A stretch of 64,000 bases of DNA. Source: Octopus sinensis. Taxonomy: Eukaryota. Under the pieces are notes generated by a model. That model did not search any database. It saw only the letters and a program-made list of their open reading frames with translations, and was not told where the DNA came from. The translations under genes were made by a program, and so were the position numbers. Shown here in pieces: positions 14,395 to 30,062 of the stretch (position 1 is its first letter; the number at the start of each line of letters is the position of its first letter). Location of the stretch: assembly GCF_006345805.1 (NCBI RefSeq), contig NC_042997.1, positions 105,586,001-105,650,000 of the forward strand, given 5' to 3'.

Positions 14395-14424
14395 CCATAT
14401 ATATATATATAGACATACATACGT

Positions 14425-14511
<87 letters not shown>

Positions 14512-14515
14512 ATAT

Positions 14516-14564
<49 letters not shown>

Positions 14565-14575
14565 CATATACATAC
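14395..14575. repeat. (CA)n/(TA)n microsatellite
   Basis: Read directly. Confidence 0.95.
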
Positions 14576-14903
14576 ATTGTGAAGTAATTATGTCAAACAA
14601 TGTACTAAATTAAGTACTAATTTAGAACGCATCAGTAACAAATGTATCCAATACTGAAGGAGACATTTAGGTTAATTAAAACACTAGCTCGTTTAAAAGG
14701 TTTCGTATTATATATAGCAGTTGCGTTTGTCTTAGCGACTGTGATCGGATGAGCGAGTTTCGTTGGTGCCATAATGTGTAAAGTTGGCCATGCTTTACTT
14801 TTCATCGAATGTTTCATAAATGAATATTATGACCACAATAATGTTCGGCCGATATACTGTATGGCTTTAATTATTCTTCGAAGAAGTAAATATACTACAA
14901 ACA

Positions 14904-15318
14904 GGCGTGACTGTATGGTAAGGAGCTCGTTTCCCAACCACATGATTCCGGGTCCAGTCCCACTGTGTGGCACCTTTGGCAAGTATCTTCTACAATAGCC
15001 TGGAGCCGACCAAAGCATTGTGAGTGGATTTGATAGTTTACTGAAAGCAGTCCGTCGTATATATATAAGTATATATACATATACGTGTGTGTTTGTGTGT
15101 GCGTGTGTGTTTGTGTCTGTGTTAGTCCCACCGCCACTGTTTGACAACCGGTGTTGATGTGCTTATGTCCCTGTAACTTATCGGTTCGGGAAAAGGGTTC
15201 GATAGAATAAGTACCAGGCTTTAAAAAATAGTACTTGAGTCGATACATTCGACTATAAATTCTCCAAGACGGTGCCACATCATGGCCGCAGTCTAATGTC
15301 TGAAATGAGTAAAGTATA
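14904..15318 (+). mobile_element. Long tRNA-derived SINE with internal (TA)/(TG) tract
   Basis: ggcgtgactgtatggtaag head, gggtccagtccc B box, gatagaataagtaccaggc, catggccgcagtc..tgaaatgagtaaag tail; related copies at 30.9, 42.1 and 50.8 kb. Confidence 0.85.
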
Positions 15319-15932
15319 AATGATACCTAGAAATACGATTGATGGGAATAAACGAAATCTCACGATGCGGGACTGAATTGTCGTGTAGAATAGAAGAGAT
15401 CTGGATTGGGTCTTTATATGAATATAGAAGTATGAATGCGTGTGATACACATGCATTTTAAATACTTATGATTCAGCACTAAATTCATTTTTATGTTTTT
15501 TTATTTGTATGCATGAATTTCATGGAGAGAGTTATCATTTCATCACAGTTATTTCAAATATGGACGCACGTATTACACACTTACATCGCGCGCACGCACA
15601 CACCTATTTAACGTGTTAGCATTATGAGAAATTACGACAACGGAGAAAACTTATTGTGACCAGCATCCCCTAAACATCCTAGGTACTCGTAGGTTATAAA
15701 TCAACTGAATAAAAAACTTGCCATATGTACCTACAACTGCAGATCATTGACAATCTTTGATCCATCTTACTGAAGCGTAAGTTAGTTTAGATGAAATTTA
15801 AAGTGCTAGCATTTTGAGAAATACGTCGACAGAAAGAACTAAATATGAGATGGATGAAAATATCATGAAACTATGAAAGGCAGGGAGTATGAAAGTGAGA
15901 TGTGGTATAGTTTTCATCGTAACTAAAGAATG

Positions 15933-17448
15933 CACTGAACTGCAAAAGTAACGCGAGACGTGTGTGACTGTGAAATGTGTTTTAATTTCATTACGTCAGA
16001 TAAATTTTAATAAATCTGACAAAGACAATTTCTTGGATGCACTTTGACCACAGTCTATGGGTCGTTGTCATGTGTTGTGGTAGTGGGTGGATCCAGCACA
16101 TCGAGATTATAGGGCGTGACATGTTCAATACCGTGTATGCCCTCCCTGGGTGCTCAAAACGGCCATGCACCGTCGGTATGTGGAGTGCATGAGGTGGTTC
16201 ATAAAAGCCATTGGCACCTGTGCCCACACCCTGAGGGAAGCTGCCTCTAATTCCACACGAGTTGTTGGCCTTGGAACCATCTGGTTCAGCCGTCTCTAGA
16301 TGTCATCCCACAAGTGTTCAATTGGATTCAAATCCGGGCTGAGAGCCGGCCACGGGATTGTTCTGATGTTGTACTGACGCAGGAAGTCCATGGTGACCCT
16401 GGCCGTGTGGGACGGCGTATTGACCTGCTGGAACATATGGCTATAACGACGAGTGAAAAAGGCACGATGTGAGGTCTTAGGATCTGGTCAACATTGCACT
16501 GCACTGCGACGCCTTTCCCTCAGCCTGCACCAGCATTTTGGAACACTTGGGGCCCAATTCTCAGATTCAGACCTATAGCACCGCAAACCATGATGCTTTG
16601 GCCACCCAAGCGTCTCCCTCCATGATACATGCGTCTATCTTGCGTTCACCCCTCGTACCTAACACCATCATTCTGCCATCCGAGATGGAAACGCAGTACC
16701 GGCTCTCGACAGAAAAGACTATTGACTTCCATTGTTGATGCCGCCAATGTGGTTACTGTGTAGCACACTGTCGTCATGCTTGACGGTGGCGGGCGGTGAG
16801 GACAGCAGCAACGCAGGTTGTTGGTGGTCAGTTGACGTCACACAATGTCGTCACTGATGGATCGCCGTACAGTGTTAATGGTCTCACGAGCTGTCACGCT
16901 ACTTACTCTGAAGCGACCACGGAGGTGTTGCAGGTGGATGAAGCGATCCTACCTGGGCGTGGTCACCCGGGGGTGCCCTCTGTGGGCACAGTCTGTAGTA
17001 CTGTTGGTGTGTATCGCCGTTGCAGGCGATAGATGGTGCTGACATGGACATTATAAGCTTTCGAAGCAATCATGGTACTCTGCCCTGCTTGTAATCGGCC
17101 GATTGCTTGTGCCCTCTGCGTTGCTAACAATTGGGTTATACCTGATGCGTTCAAATAACGAATGCCAGGATCGCAGTTCAAGTTGATTTTTATACCCATA
17201 ACATCCACAAGATGCACGTGCATTTCGATTTTCATGACAATTGTTTGCAACTGCAACCCACGTCATTCAACCCAGCAGCGTTTTAGCGTCTTGTTTCAGG
17301 GTAAGTTGAAAGGTTACCTGCAATTTGGTTCTCAGTCATAAACCAGCATGTCTTGGAATATTCACACTTTCATCCTCGACATAAATTTTCAGAATTTACC
17401 ATATAGAAATGACATTTGGAATAATCGTGTTTCTTTTGCGGTTCAGTG
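15933..17448 (-). mobile_element. Tc1-family transposon, full length, decayed, ~24-bp TIRs
   Basis: cactgaactgcaaaagtaacgcga at 15933 versus tcgtgtttcttttgcggttcagtg ending 17448, then TA (left TA reads TG). Confidence 0.9.
16125..17139 (-). pseudogene. Tc1 transposase pseudogene
   Basis: QRAQAIGRLQAG (HTH), QQVNTPSHTAR, WPALSPDLNPIEHLWD, GGHTRY-stop; start codon reads ATA; stops and frameshifts. Confidence 0.9.
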
Positions 17449-17489
17449 TAGGTATCCTGCAACATGTATTCATCATACATCGGATTGGT

Positions 17490-18990
17490 AATTGATTGTC
17501 TTTAAGGAACTGCCATGCTCAAGATCATAAAAATCTATGCTTCCACACCTAACAACATGGACAATGAAGTGAAAGGATTTTTTTCAAGTCGTGAAGAGCT
17601 AGCTCACAAACCTACATGCGCCTTTCTGACGTGAGATTTCTAACGAAAAAGGTTGGAAAGCGTGACAAATGGAGAAATATATGGGAAACTTCAGATTGGA
17701 AGAGAAAATGAAAAGGGAGAAAGTTTATTCAACATAACACTGGCGGTGCCCCAGCATAGGCACAGCCTTAGAGCAGCACCAATCATTACTGACAGTGATC
17801 ATCACTTGCAACCGGCAATGACCGTCATTAATCAGATTAGAAGAAAGAATTCATCGCACATCTCGATGACGAACCACTGCATCAAGTTCTTCGATCTGAC
17901 ACAGTTTCAAGATCTCTGAAAGTAAACATGGAATAACCTGCAGAATTGATGAAAATTATTGCTCGCTGATCTAGAAAATGAACAGCTACGCGAGGAAAAT
18001 AAAAACTGTAAAGAAACGGGAGCCTTACAGAAGGATAAAAGAAAGATAATTTTAAACAAAACGGAAGGCTAGGCAAAGGGACACGGAAGATCACCTTGAG
18101 CAGTTCATTCTCTGCAAGGAATTACGACAACATCTGGTAAGAGACTTCAAGAACTGTTGTTTGAAGAGTATGATCTGTCTCTTTGCATCACCTTGAATAG
18201 GGAAACGCCTTCTTCAGCATCGAAATCAATGCTGTGTTGAAGTCTCTGGAGAAGCGAGGAATCGAGGCACAATACATCAAACTGTGGGAAACGAACTGAG
18301 GATGTACTACCGTTGTACCTCTTTTTTACAATCCATAATAGTTTGATGGAGAAGTGGAAAGAACAAGATCATACAATATCTCTGAAGCTTTACAAGTCAT
18401 GCCTTGAAATAGAGGTATTGATTGGAAAGTGTCATTAACATAAACAGAGAGGTACCGATGCACCTCCAGTTCGCAGATAACATCGTATTTATCGTAGAAA
18501 CTTTAAACGCGCTGCAGAACATACTTACAAAGTTGATCACAAAGGGTTCATCAGTAAAATCAACTGAATGAAAACAAATTAGATACGGTCCGAAGGCGTA
18601 GAACAAGTTTGAATACTAGTGGAAATCGATGAATTTGAGGATATGAAAGAATACATTTTCTTGGGATGAAAAGTAAATAAATTCCGCGGCATCGATACTG
18701 AAATCTCGCGCTCATTGAGAGCAGGATGAAGACATTTTTCTCGATTAAAGATTTGCTCAAAGAAGAGCTGGACAAAACTCAGTTTGCCAAACTCTTTAAC
18801 AAGACTAGCCTACGAGCGCTCTTCTATGCAAGTAAGATATGAACTACTACTACGAAGAAAGAATAACATCTAGCAACGATACAGAAAGCCATGGAAACAT
18901 CCATGCTAGGATATCGCTGCAGGAGCATGTCCGAAACAACGTAATTGGAGAAGCGCTCTGTGGCTAACGATATGTAAGGACACTTGATAT
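17490..18990 (+). mobile_element. RTE-clade LINE remnant (endonuclease and RT fragments)
   Basis: KIIKIYAST, GRENEKGE, SDHH, HLQFADNIVF, EYIFLG, QKAMETSMLG; large internal deletions and a SINE tail fragment at about 17750. Confidence 0.8.
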
Positions 18991-19035
18991 TCTGTTTATT
19001 AGGGTAATAGAGTGATAAACCCGTTACAGTAATGT

Positions 19036-19149
19036 AGACAGACAGACAGACAGACAGACAGGCAGGCAGGCAGACAGACAGGCAGACTGGCAGACAGGCA
19101 GACAGGCAGACAGGCAGACAGACAGACAGATAGATAGATAGATAGGTAA

Positions 19150-19218
<69 letters not shown>

Positions 19219-19267
19219 CACCGTGGCGTGAAACTTGAATCCCGAAACAAAATCAGCTTTAATAAAA

Positions 19268-19300
<33 letters not shown>
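19036..19300. repeat. (CAGA)/(CAGG)/(TAGA)/(TA) microsatellites
   Basis: Read directly. Confidence 0.93.
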
Positions 19301-19301
<1 letters not shown>

Positions 19302-22300
19302 TCTCCATGTACTGAGCACTCACTCCTTTCTCATTCGCCCAACATATATATGCGTATGTCTGTGTGCGCGGGTGCGGTGCGAGTTCATGCACGTGCGTGT
19401 GTATATATTATGGTGTTTGATTGGCAAACTAATTTCAATACATAATTATACTAAAGCGTTTATAATTTATTCAAACCATCGTATACCAACTTTCGTTGCT
19501 AATGGTTCCTAGTTAAGTGGTTTATGATATTTGGCACTAAGTATCCCTGATCATCCAATACATTGATATAATAAGCTGTGGCTGTCAATAGCTTGATCAA
19601 CGCCAAACATGCCCTGTATATCTTTGTCAGGAGAAGCCAGTATATTTCATTCACTGCACCACTGAAATTCATGTTGTTCTTAGTATTTGCTACACTGTTG
19701 TTATTTGTCTCTCTCGTATCATAGTGTTTCTCATCGTCCTTACTGATGTAGTAGATGTCAAATCGTCTTCACCAGAGTGATAGCCCTTGCTCACAGCCAT
19801 CCATCAAACACCATAAAGTCTTTGTCTTTGGACATGGCCGACAACACGTTGTAGCAGAGCTAGCGTAACTTTTACAAATCTCGTCTCGTTTCAGCCACCG
19901 TGTTTTGTTTTTTGGGTCATATTTATGGCCGCCGTCAACAACTGCTGGCGTCCTTTCCAATCTGTCCAGCTTGTCGACCTTTCAGTCGTCTACACATGTG
20001 CAACCGCCAAAGCAACAGCAGCAACAATGACACTAACAATATCATGACCAGCAGGAACGACAACAACAATAAAAATGACAAGAATAATAGCAAAAGTAAC
20101 ATCTGCAACAGAAACAAGATCAACCCTAAGAACATCAATAAGGCTAATTGCAGTAATAATACCGACTAAACATGCACAAAATATTAACAGAAAACAACAA
20201 TGAAAAACATTACATCAACATTGAAAAAAATAACAAAATAAAATGGAATGATTTTAGATAAAAAGAGAAACAACTGGAAGGACAAAGAAAGTAACTAGAG
20301 TAAAAAAAAGCAAAAAAACAAAAAGCGTTAAAACTATAAAGAGTAAACGATGGTCATCATCATCATCAGCGAAGATGACAATAACAAATTTCAGAAATTT
20401 ACAGATACAAAAACACATATGACAGTGACACCGACGACAATAGAAAGGGTGCAGAACACGAAAAAATATCAAGATACATGTAAGCATGTGTGTGTGTGTG
20501 TGCGAGCATGTGCGTGCGGGCGGGCGAGCGTGTGTGTGTGTGTGCGTGCAAGTGGGCGAGCGGATGTGTGTGTATTGATCACAGAGTGACAGGAGAAACA
20601 GAAAAATACTGAGGAAGAAATATACTGTGAAAAGGAAGGAGATATACAAAGACAGATAAGAGAAAAAGAGGAAAATCGTAAAACTTTGATATATTATCTG
20701 CCAAGCAAATGAGACAAATCTGTGGCAAGTGGGATAGGGGGTATCAAACAGCCCATCCGCCGTCTTTCGTAATGCAATTTTCGCTAGAAAAATTTTGCTA
20801 ACTGGCTTTCCTGTGGCACAAATCCTAACTAGTACATTTAAAGCCAATATTTGTATTTCGTAAAATCTCTCTTCAGAAAACCTTATTCTGTTTGAAATTC
20901 TAAGTCGTAAATTTTCTGAAAATAACACTGACAATAGAATGACAAATTTGTTTTTCCGCTGTGCCATTTTCTTTTCATGATATTTTTCTTTTGTTATTTT
21001 GAAGATCTACTCCAACATCTCTCTAGAACTGAAATAGTATTTTAATGATCTCTTCCACCTTGGATATGTAGTCGTTGTTTCGTTCAATACATTCACTGAC
21101 TGATCACACCTAAGATCGAATATGTAATAATTTTGACCAATCCGTCTTTTTTCACATATATAGTAACTATGAATACATTATCGAACGTGCGTCCCTTCTT
21201 TTTAAACTTGTTTGAATGAAATTTGACTCTCTCCTTTATGTTATTATTTTTCACTGAATTTGATGAGTTAGATCAAATACAGCAGTTGTGATCAGAGTTA
21301 GACAACAACGTGGACAATAAAACATAAAATTAAATTTTTAATGACTTCTTTTAAAAAATCAGTCTAGCGATGAATCAGTAGCAATTTTTTCCAAATAAAA
21401 TGGACATCTTTATAAGCGATGGGTACATGCTGTCGTGAGCAGCTGTTTTCTGAATAAGGAATCTAAATCAGTTTGGATTCCCGGCTACTTATTACAGAGT
21501 ATTTGTCTCCAGTCATCTAAGATAGATACATTGCAATTGGAAGCAAAGATTGTTGTCCCAGATGGTGTGGTTGCTATTTGCATCTACGCTTTATTGCTTC
21601 AACCAAATATTCTGAGCTGCTTTTCTTGTCATATACCTTCCACATATATTTCAACTCTGTAACGATTTCAATGTACGAAACACGCTGTAGATTTGATTGA
21701 ATGTTCTTAGTTTAAATCTAGATAGATTCAATGCGGTAAAAAAAAAAGAAAAAAACGGTTGCATCTTATTTATTTCTTTACCTGGCTTCATAACTCTATA
21801 ATCTATTATTTGCTCGCTTTTATATGAATTATATACCTGCATTTTTTGTTTTCTTTAATCAACCCCCTTCCTATAAAATGCTGTTATCTTTTCTTTTTAT
21901 ATTTTATTTACGATTCTAAGTGAGCTGTTTTTGACTCGGTGAATCATCATCACCTTTATCGTTCTCGTCAGCCTCATGCCATTTCATCCACTTATTTTTC
22001 TACCTTTTTATTTTCTGATTTCTCATTCTCTTCTTTCATTTTTTTTTTTTACTTCTTTGTTTTCTTCATCGGAGTTTATTCCGTCACAATCACCATTTTC
22101 TTCTTTTTTATTTTTCAGGTTTTCTTTTTTCACACTGTAATTCCATGCTAGTCATTGTCTTAATTTTTCTCATCACCACATCACTCTCATCATCACACTT
22201 TTTGCTTTTGTATTTTTCCTCGCTCTCCTCCCACTTTTCGCACCAACTTTTACGTTGGCCATTTTGTTGTCCGTTTGTATATCTATTATATTCCTTAATA

Positions 22301-23719
22301 ATATTCCCCTATCGAGCAACTAACACACGTTCGCAACATATCTTTCACACGTTATTTCTCTCTCTCTTTCTTTGGCTACTTATATTTTCGTCTGTCTTTT
22401 TCTACTATTATCTTTGCCTATGAATCTGTCTACTTATTTTCTTATCTATCTATCTGCTTCTTCATTTATCTCCCTGTTCTTCAGTCTGCTTGCCTGTCAG
22501 TGTGTATATCTAGTTTATATCTTGTTTTCGTATATAAAGACATAATTAGTTTTATCTCTGTCTTTCCTTTCTATAGCTTTTACCACTGCTCTTTCTCTCC
22601 CTCTTTCTCTTTCCCTCCCTCTCTTTCTCTCCCTCTGTCTCTGTCTCTTTCTCTCTCTCGTTCTCGCATTCCCTTTTTCCGCCTCTCCGTTTGAATCCTA
22701 ATTGCAGCTAATTTCTAAAGTGATGGACCATTTAGATAGTTCTCTTCATCAGCATCTTGTTATCAATTATCTGAGATTAGATAATTAGAGTTACGTGATA
22801 ATTCATACGGTGAGTTGAAGTGGAAGGGGACGCATGAATATCATAGAGCATAAGTGATACCAAACCTTCTCCTTTCTCATGGTGATGCATGAGTACGCGG
22901 CATCATAAGAGTTAAATGTTACTTAAATTGACATGAGTTATTTCAAGCGCCACTACCACTAGCACGATTGTACAGACTGTTATGAGAATAGCCTGGTGCG
23001 TGTCTCTGCACATATATGTTTGAATTAAGGGAGATTTTCATTGAACTTGCATGTTATTATGTGCCTCAATAGAGTCATTTTTGACCTGCTCAGATATGGA
23101 ATCCATTCAGCTGCACCACAATCAGTTTTATTCTTTCTCATTATGTCTGTCTATTCTTGGTAAACTATGCTGATGACTAGAAATTCTACATTGAATTCTG
23201 GAAGAAACCATTTCCTTAACTCGTGACTCTGGTATGTTCGCATATAAAAACATACTGATTTGCTCATTTATAAATCTCTATATTTGTTCCGAGGTAAAAA
23301 CTGATAGTTTCTGCTTATGGCTATTGTGATAGAAAACATTATGAACTAGGTTTGAGAATGGCAGTTACTGTTCTTGCTCACTTATTTCTAGTGAACTAGT
23401 GCATACGAATAGTGTACCCCCTTATTGATTGTGTGCCTTAATCTGGACAAAATTAAACGCTTTCTTTTTGTTGTTGTTGCTCCTACTGTTGTTTTATTAT
23501 TACTCAGCCCCACCTTATCTCTGATCGAGCCGGTTTATGATCAAGAGCATGTTAGCCGTGGAAAATTCATTTCTTTTCGGGCAATGTAAATCCCGGAAAT
23601 TATTCAATGGGACTTTTATTTAAGCAGTAGGATGTAGTTGAAGGAAATTTGCCTGTTATTTGTAGTTGGTCGAGCGTCAATGTTGAGGCTCAGTTGTCAG
23701 TTTATGAAAGGTATAGTGT

Positions 23720-24300
23720 TATATTATGATTTATTTATTAATGTTCAGCGCTGCTGAACTACTTTTTTGGTAGATGACAGTTTTGAACATCTACTAATTG
23801 GAACTGTGTTCAGCCGAGTGTACACAGATAACAAACAAGCTGTTCTCCTTCCAGGTCCAAGTTGACACCGTTTTGGTTTCATTGTATATGTTGTATGCGT
23901 CTTGTGATGAGTTAACACTATATTATTTTGAGGGCGAGTTGTCGTTATGATTTGCTGAGAAGGATTTGGTCAGATACGGAACTGCTGTCATTGTCATATA
24001 CTACGGTTGTAGTTTCTATGCTTTGGTCAAATGTTGTTTCTCTGAGTGCTCTAAAGATGTTTATGCATTATTTAGCATTGTTTCCTGTCATTTATAAGTA
24101 TTGTGAATGTAGCAGTTTGGATATGATTCGACACTAAGCGAGCAGACTAATGATCAAATATATTCCAGGTTTGAACATCTTGTCTTCTTATCTTCACGGG
24201 AATACCTGATTTGTTTTTCATTTCTTTAAGTGTGGTACACAGCAGTCTGAGTAAGATGTGGTTGTTATTAGCTAACGATCACATTAAGACTTCATCCGTT
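23720..24300 (-). mobile_element. Possible highly decayed PLE GIY-YIG endonuclease region
   Basis: Weak multi-frame resemblance (HNTY.MTGNNAK, KRCQL, LNTVPISRC) to the PLE C-terminus; needs a profile search. Confidence 0.35.
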
Positions 24301-25060
24301 GGATCATGTCAGATACTAACCATATATTCGAAGTCGACCAAAGAGTTTTCAACTTTTGTGAAGTACATGTAAAACCTTAAAACTCAACCCCACGAGTTCG
24401 CATTCATGAAACTTATACTGTGAAAACATTTTAAAATACGTTTCTATTGATAACTTAATGCAGATACATCGGCACTAACAATAAATGAATAAATAAAACA
24501 AAAGTGATTATTACTATTGCTCAGACAGTCTGGTGTCTTTGAATTGTTAGGGGAAATAGAATCACTTGACGGAGATAAAATGTACTGAGAGACATTGATT
24601 CTGAGATGGATGAAGGAGAGTAATTGGCAGCTAAATATAACAAAAACTTAAAAGAACGACCAGAAGAATAATGGGAGAAGTGAATCTTGAAAGCGTTTTG
24701 TAGAGAAATGTTAAGACACTCGAAAGTGATTAAAATGAGGCCGAATGATAAGTGAATCAAAGTAAAACAAGCGAAGGAGAAAGAAGAAAAAAGATACGTC
24801 AACACAAGTAGAAGAGAAGAAAATTGAGAAAGGTGAGAAAGAAATTATGATGGCCGTTGTTAGTCATCAATACAAAGTTCATATTGATGTCATATTTATC
24901 AACTTCAGACATACCATTACCACTGTCAGTTTGGTTAGAAACTGTGTGATATCTTTCCATAACACAGAACCAGCCATGCTATGATTCAATTACCTTAAGC
25001 CAACAATAATCCATCTTTTCTAGATCACTCTCTCACAGTCTCTTTCTTTTGTTCCTCTCC

Positions 25061-25094
<34 letters not shown>

Positions 25095-25287
25095 GACACA
25101 CACAAACACATAAACACACACACAAACAAACAAATCTGTCTTCCTATAACTTTCTCACAAGTTCAAGTTGCTAATTCATGTTCTCAAAATGCCTATCATT
25201 TTCTATCAAACTCTAAACTAATACACACATATGCACACACACTTACACACACACACACACGCACACACACACATACAAATATATATG

Positions 25288-25321
<34 letters not shown>

Positions 25322-26543
25322 AAGAGAGAGATTACACCTACCCACCGACACACATACACGCACACACTCACACACATATATGCGGTTGAGTGCATGCACG
25401 TGTGTGGTCCAAACGCACACATGTGCACACGTATGCGTATGTTTTCTCTTCTAATAGTTTACTTTGGTCGACTGCGTAGTCGGTGTCAATGTTATAAAGA
25501 ATCGACATTAAATAATTTAAAAGAAAACATAAAGTTTGGTCTTGCTGTTTTCTTCATATTTTAAGCAAGCCAATCAGTCAACGATTTAATTTTTTATCAA
25601 AGTATTGCACATTTTTATCGTCGCATATAACTTGATAGGCACGACATGACTTATATCCTCGTTATTTTCTCAAGAGCCCAGGTTTTAGCAGTAATTTGAT
25701 TCAGTAGGTTTGGTACATGTAATAATATCGGTAAACATGCAAATGTAGTCCTGATACCGGACTTGCAAACTTCTCATCAACTATCTATAGATATCTTCCT
25801 TTTTCTGAATATTTTAATCATATTTTAACGCCAAATATGTAGACGACTTCTACAACAGAACAGGTCATATATTTTGTTCTCACAAACAGGATCGTCGTGT
25901 CGCAATTTCTTTGTTTATTTATATTCTAGATCCATCGGTTTCAATATGATTCTCTTTAAGTGTTGTAATTTTATTTTCCTTCTCACTCTGTTCCCGAGAG
26001 CTACAGCAATGGTGTCAAGCAACCTAGAAAAATATACGTATACAATATTATCACACAAATGAGAATGCCTTGGCTATTGTCCAACGCTTTGACTTAGTAT
26101 AGTCGACAATATTTTACAGCTGAAGTTTTTCATATTTTGTCGTGCGAGTTCTTGATGAGGCTATTTTTTTGTCACTAGATTACATGTAGATAGCATTCAA
26201 GTAAACTTGTCGGTACTCCAAGTCAGACATTTTGTGACACTTGTTCCTACTAGAAAACAGTAGTTTATTTCCACCATATTCATCATATATCCCCCTTACT
26301 ATAAATTAGATTTTTTATATCTATGCATTAATACCTTATCACTTTATTTCTGTTTGAAACACATGAATTTTCTCGGTCATACACGCACACCCGCGCGCAC
26401 GCACACTCATGCAGACATAAATTCACAGCCACATAACATTCATAGTGAATCAATAACATAGTTCTTATATATATCATACTCTCAATTTTTGTCAACTTGC
26501 ACCGCAGGGTCGAGATAGTGTTAGTTGAAGGCTACCAAACCTG

Positions 26544-26592
<49 letters not shown>

Positions 26593-26989
26593 ACTTCAGC
26601 TTTATATATATAGATAGGTTCAGCTTTAAGATCTACTGCTTCATCTATTGCATACGCTTATGTTATTGTGATCCAGAGACCATAGTTTTCACAGCAGTTA
26701 AAATTATCCTAAATTCTTAGCTCCGTTTCTTCGATTCTTCGTAGTATCGCTTATAATCTAGACAACATTTCACACCCATATCAGTCTTTCTAAAACTGAG
26801 CATAGATGTGTTTAGAATTGATGTAGAAAATCTCTATCTAAATCATTATAAACCTTTATTTATCCATTTATAAACGCCATGATAAGACTTTAAATGAAAA
26901 TGATAAGGAAAATAATCTAAGATTCACCACTGCAACTGTTTTTACAGCCCTGAAGTAGATATATATTTAAATATATACATACAACAACA

Positions 26990-26992
26990 TGG

Positions 26993-27061
<69 letters not shown>

Positions 27062-27120
27062 GTGTGTGTGTGTGTGAGTGAGTGTGTGTCTGTATGTATG
27101 TATATATATATTATGTGTGA

Positions 27121-27157
<37 letters not shown>

Positions 27158-27393
27158 CATACATATACAGATATGTGTTTGTGTGTGTGTATACAAAGAG
27201 TGAGAGAGAGTGAAAGAGAGAGCGACGTACGTATATATGTATAACACGTGGTCTTTCTGTATAAGGTTTCTGGCTACCATTTCAAACGCCATTTTACAAG
27301 TTGGAAATTTGGGGTAAAATAAACAAAGCAGTTCTGTAACCACTAATCCTTACAACAGTGAAAACATTATTACTACTGCCACTATGATTATTA

Positions 27394-27465
<72 letters not shown>

Positions 27466-27510
27466 ATTATTATATTATTATTATTATCTGTTTTGTTATT
27501 AGTATTAGCA
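26990..27510. repeat. (TA)/(TG)/(GA) and (ATT)n microsatellites
   Basis: Read directly. Confidence 0.9.
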
Positions 27511-27998
27511 TCAGTATTAGTAATGCGGTGGTTCTCATACTTTGTAAAATAAATATTTTATCTTCTATGTTATTTAATCTGGAATTCTAATAAAAGTCCG
27601 TGTTGGACGATTCTACAAGACCTTGGAGAAGTTTCGACAGCTTGTTACATCAAGTTGGACTACTCAAGCATAATAACAATAAAATAACTAAATATAGATA
27701 TACATTTATGAGAATAAAGAACATAAGGTTTTATGATGTAAGACTCATGCTTTTTGAATTAGCTTAGATCATGTCATTTGTTTTTCTTTGTTTGCCTCTT
27801 TTCTCTCATATCAAATATGAATATATATTTTAATGCTTGATTTATATACGTTGATAATCATCTATACATGGATGTGTATCTATGCATATATATATATGCA
27901 TACATAGATGGCTGTGTGTTTGTTTGTACCTGTGTAAACATATACACTCATCTATACACAAACACACATACACGTATATATAAATATATATTCATATA

Positions 27999-28899
27999 TG
28001 AGGTGATATCAAAAAGTTCCTGGATTCAAAATGTTAAATTAAAAAAATTACTTATTTACCTAAGTTTTAACATCATCCCCTTTGAAATAGTCACCTTGCG
28101 CAGCAAGAAACTGCTTCCGACATTCCTGACACTTTTGTAATTCGGCCTCGAAGTCATTTTCCGTAAGCAAGTCAAGACCTTCTGCGATTTCCTCTTGATC
28201 TTGACAACGGTGTTAAAACGGGGACCTTTGCGCTGCATTTTCATCTTGGGGAAGATGTGGAACTCTGCAGGTGATAAATCTGGCGAACAGGGCGGCTGCA
28301 GAGGCGATACCATGTTTCTTTTGGCGAGAGATTCACGAGTGAAGAGAGCTCAGCGAAGAATCCAGTTCTTCCGGTACCACAGATCCGGTCCCTTTTGCCA
28401 AATGTTCTCCCTCAAATGCTTCAAAACGTCATAGTAGGACTCTCGATTGACGGTCTGGCCCTGAGGGACGAATTTTTGATGCACAGTATCACATTTACGA
28501 GGATGACATTTTTGATGCACAGTATTACATTTCCAGAGCTGACGCTCATGACAGGTCTTACAGATCGCTCATCGTCTTCCAGGGACGTTCTTCTGCTTTT
28601 AAAGTGCACGTGCCACTCGAAACTTTGCCTCGTCGCCGTAATCTTGCCGAAGCATGCTAAATATCTCTGTAGCAGACTTCCTAAGTTTAAAGCAAAAATT
28701 CACATGACAAAATTTCAGACTACAGATTACAGGTAATCACAAAAAACACAAATTTCACAACTTGCGAAATCAACACAGCGATATCACACGGCACACTGCC
28801 TCATGAAGGTCACTGCTAGCTCTGGGTGCGCACGAAACCGTGTGCTGCCATCTGTTGGCTCGCTACAGAACTAGTCCGGCAACTTTTTGACACTACCTG
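27999..28899 (-). mobile_element. Mariner-family element, internally deleted
   Basis: TIRs aggtgatatcaaaaagttcctgga / tccggcaactttttgacactacct; fragments RTSLEDDERSVRP and PPCSPDLSPAEFHIFPKMK..KGPRF. Confidence 0.88.
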
Positions 28900-29849
28900 T
28901 TCATTATTTTATATTATTATTCATTATAAAATATCTTTGCAAACTTGAATTAATTGAATTTATTTATGTATTTTTGTTTAACATTCCCTACGCATATTTG
29001 TTCCACATCTTCCCATATTTCGAAACTGGATTTCATTCCTTTAATTGTGATCGCTTTTTTGCTATGTTTATGTGTCTTTGATATTTCTTTGACTCCATCG
29101 TACCTTTATGTCTATCTGAGTTCACAGTTTATTTCACATTTTCCAATCCCTTCCACTACCGAATGAACTGTATTTCTGTTCATGCATGATACAACTCTAC
29201 AGCGCTTTAACTAAACTTTTATCTCTCATTTTAATTTTCTCTTGTCTTTTGCTGTTCTCTTCTCATCTAATTTGTCTCTGCCTCTTTTATGTCCGTTGCC
29301 TTTTTTTTAACCTTCATTGTATTTCTCTTTCTTCCATGTCAACAACTTCTTTTGCTTTATAGTAAGTTTATATATTCATTTTTTAATTTATCTTTTACAT
29401 GATTTTCGAGGAGCTTATTCAGCCTCGATTTAATTTTCAATTTTAATGCTTATGTTTTACAACATATCTTTCATAAATTCTTGATTTCTAAGAGACTGCA
29501 TTCCCTCGCTGCATCTATTATATATATATTTCAAGTACTTAAGCGAGTTATGTTGTTCAGTTGTAGATACAATTTCGACTCACTTTTACTGATTATAGTT
29601 TTCTTTACAGGAAATCGTTTCCATCCAGCAAATTCATGTTACCCCGCAAGTTAATAGAGCCATGTACACGCAACTCCAAATGTTTATACGTTCGGCATCT
29701 AATACATGTTATGTACATTTATAAACTGTATTATTGCTTAAATCATGTACGAATGTCTCCCGATCCGCTACGTGAAACTCTGAGTAGCAGAATTTATTTT
29801 ACATGTGGTATTTTGAGACTGGCTAGGCTTCAAAAGGGCGACGTTTATC

Positions 29850-29919
<70 letters not shown>

Positions 29920-30062
29920 CCATATGTGAGTTACAAATACTGTTGTCTATGGAGACTTATTTTTGTAGTAAAAGAAATAGTAGTCTTTTGACTGCTATTT
30001 CTAATATTTTCGGTATGTGGTTTAAGCAACTTGTTGCAAAAAAACCCTTATCATTATTATTA

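Noticed and set aside
20254-20967. 237-aa minus-strand ORF
   Set aside because: Second half runs through low-complexity and (CA)n sequence; no domain or splice support.
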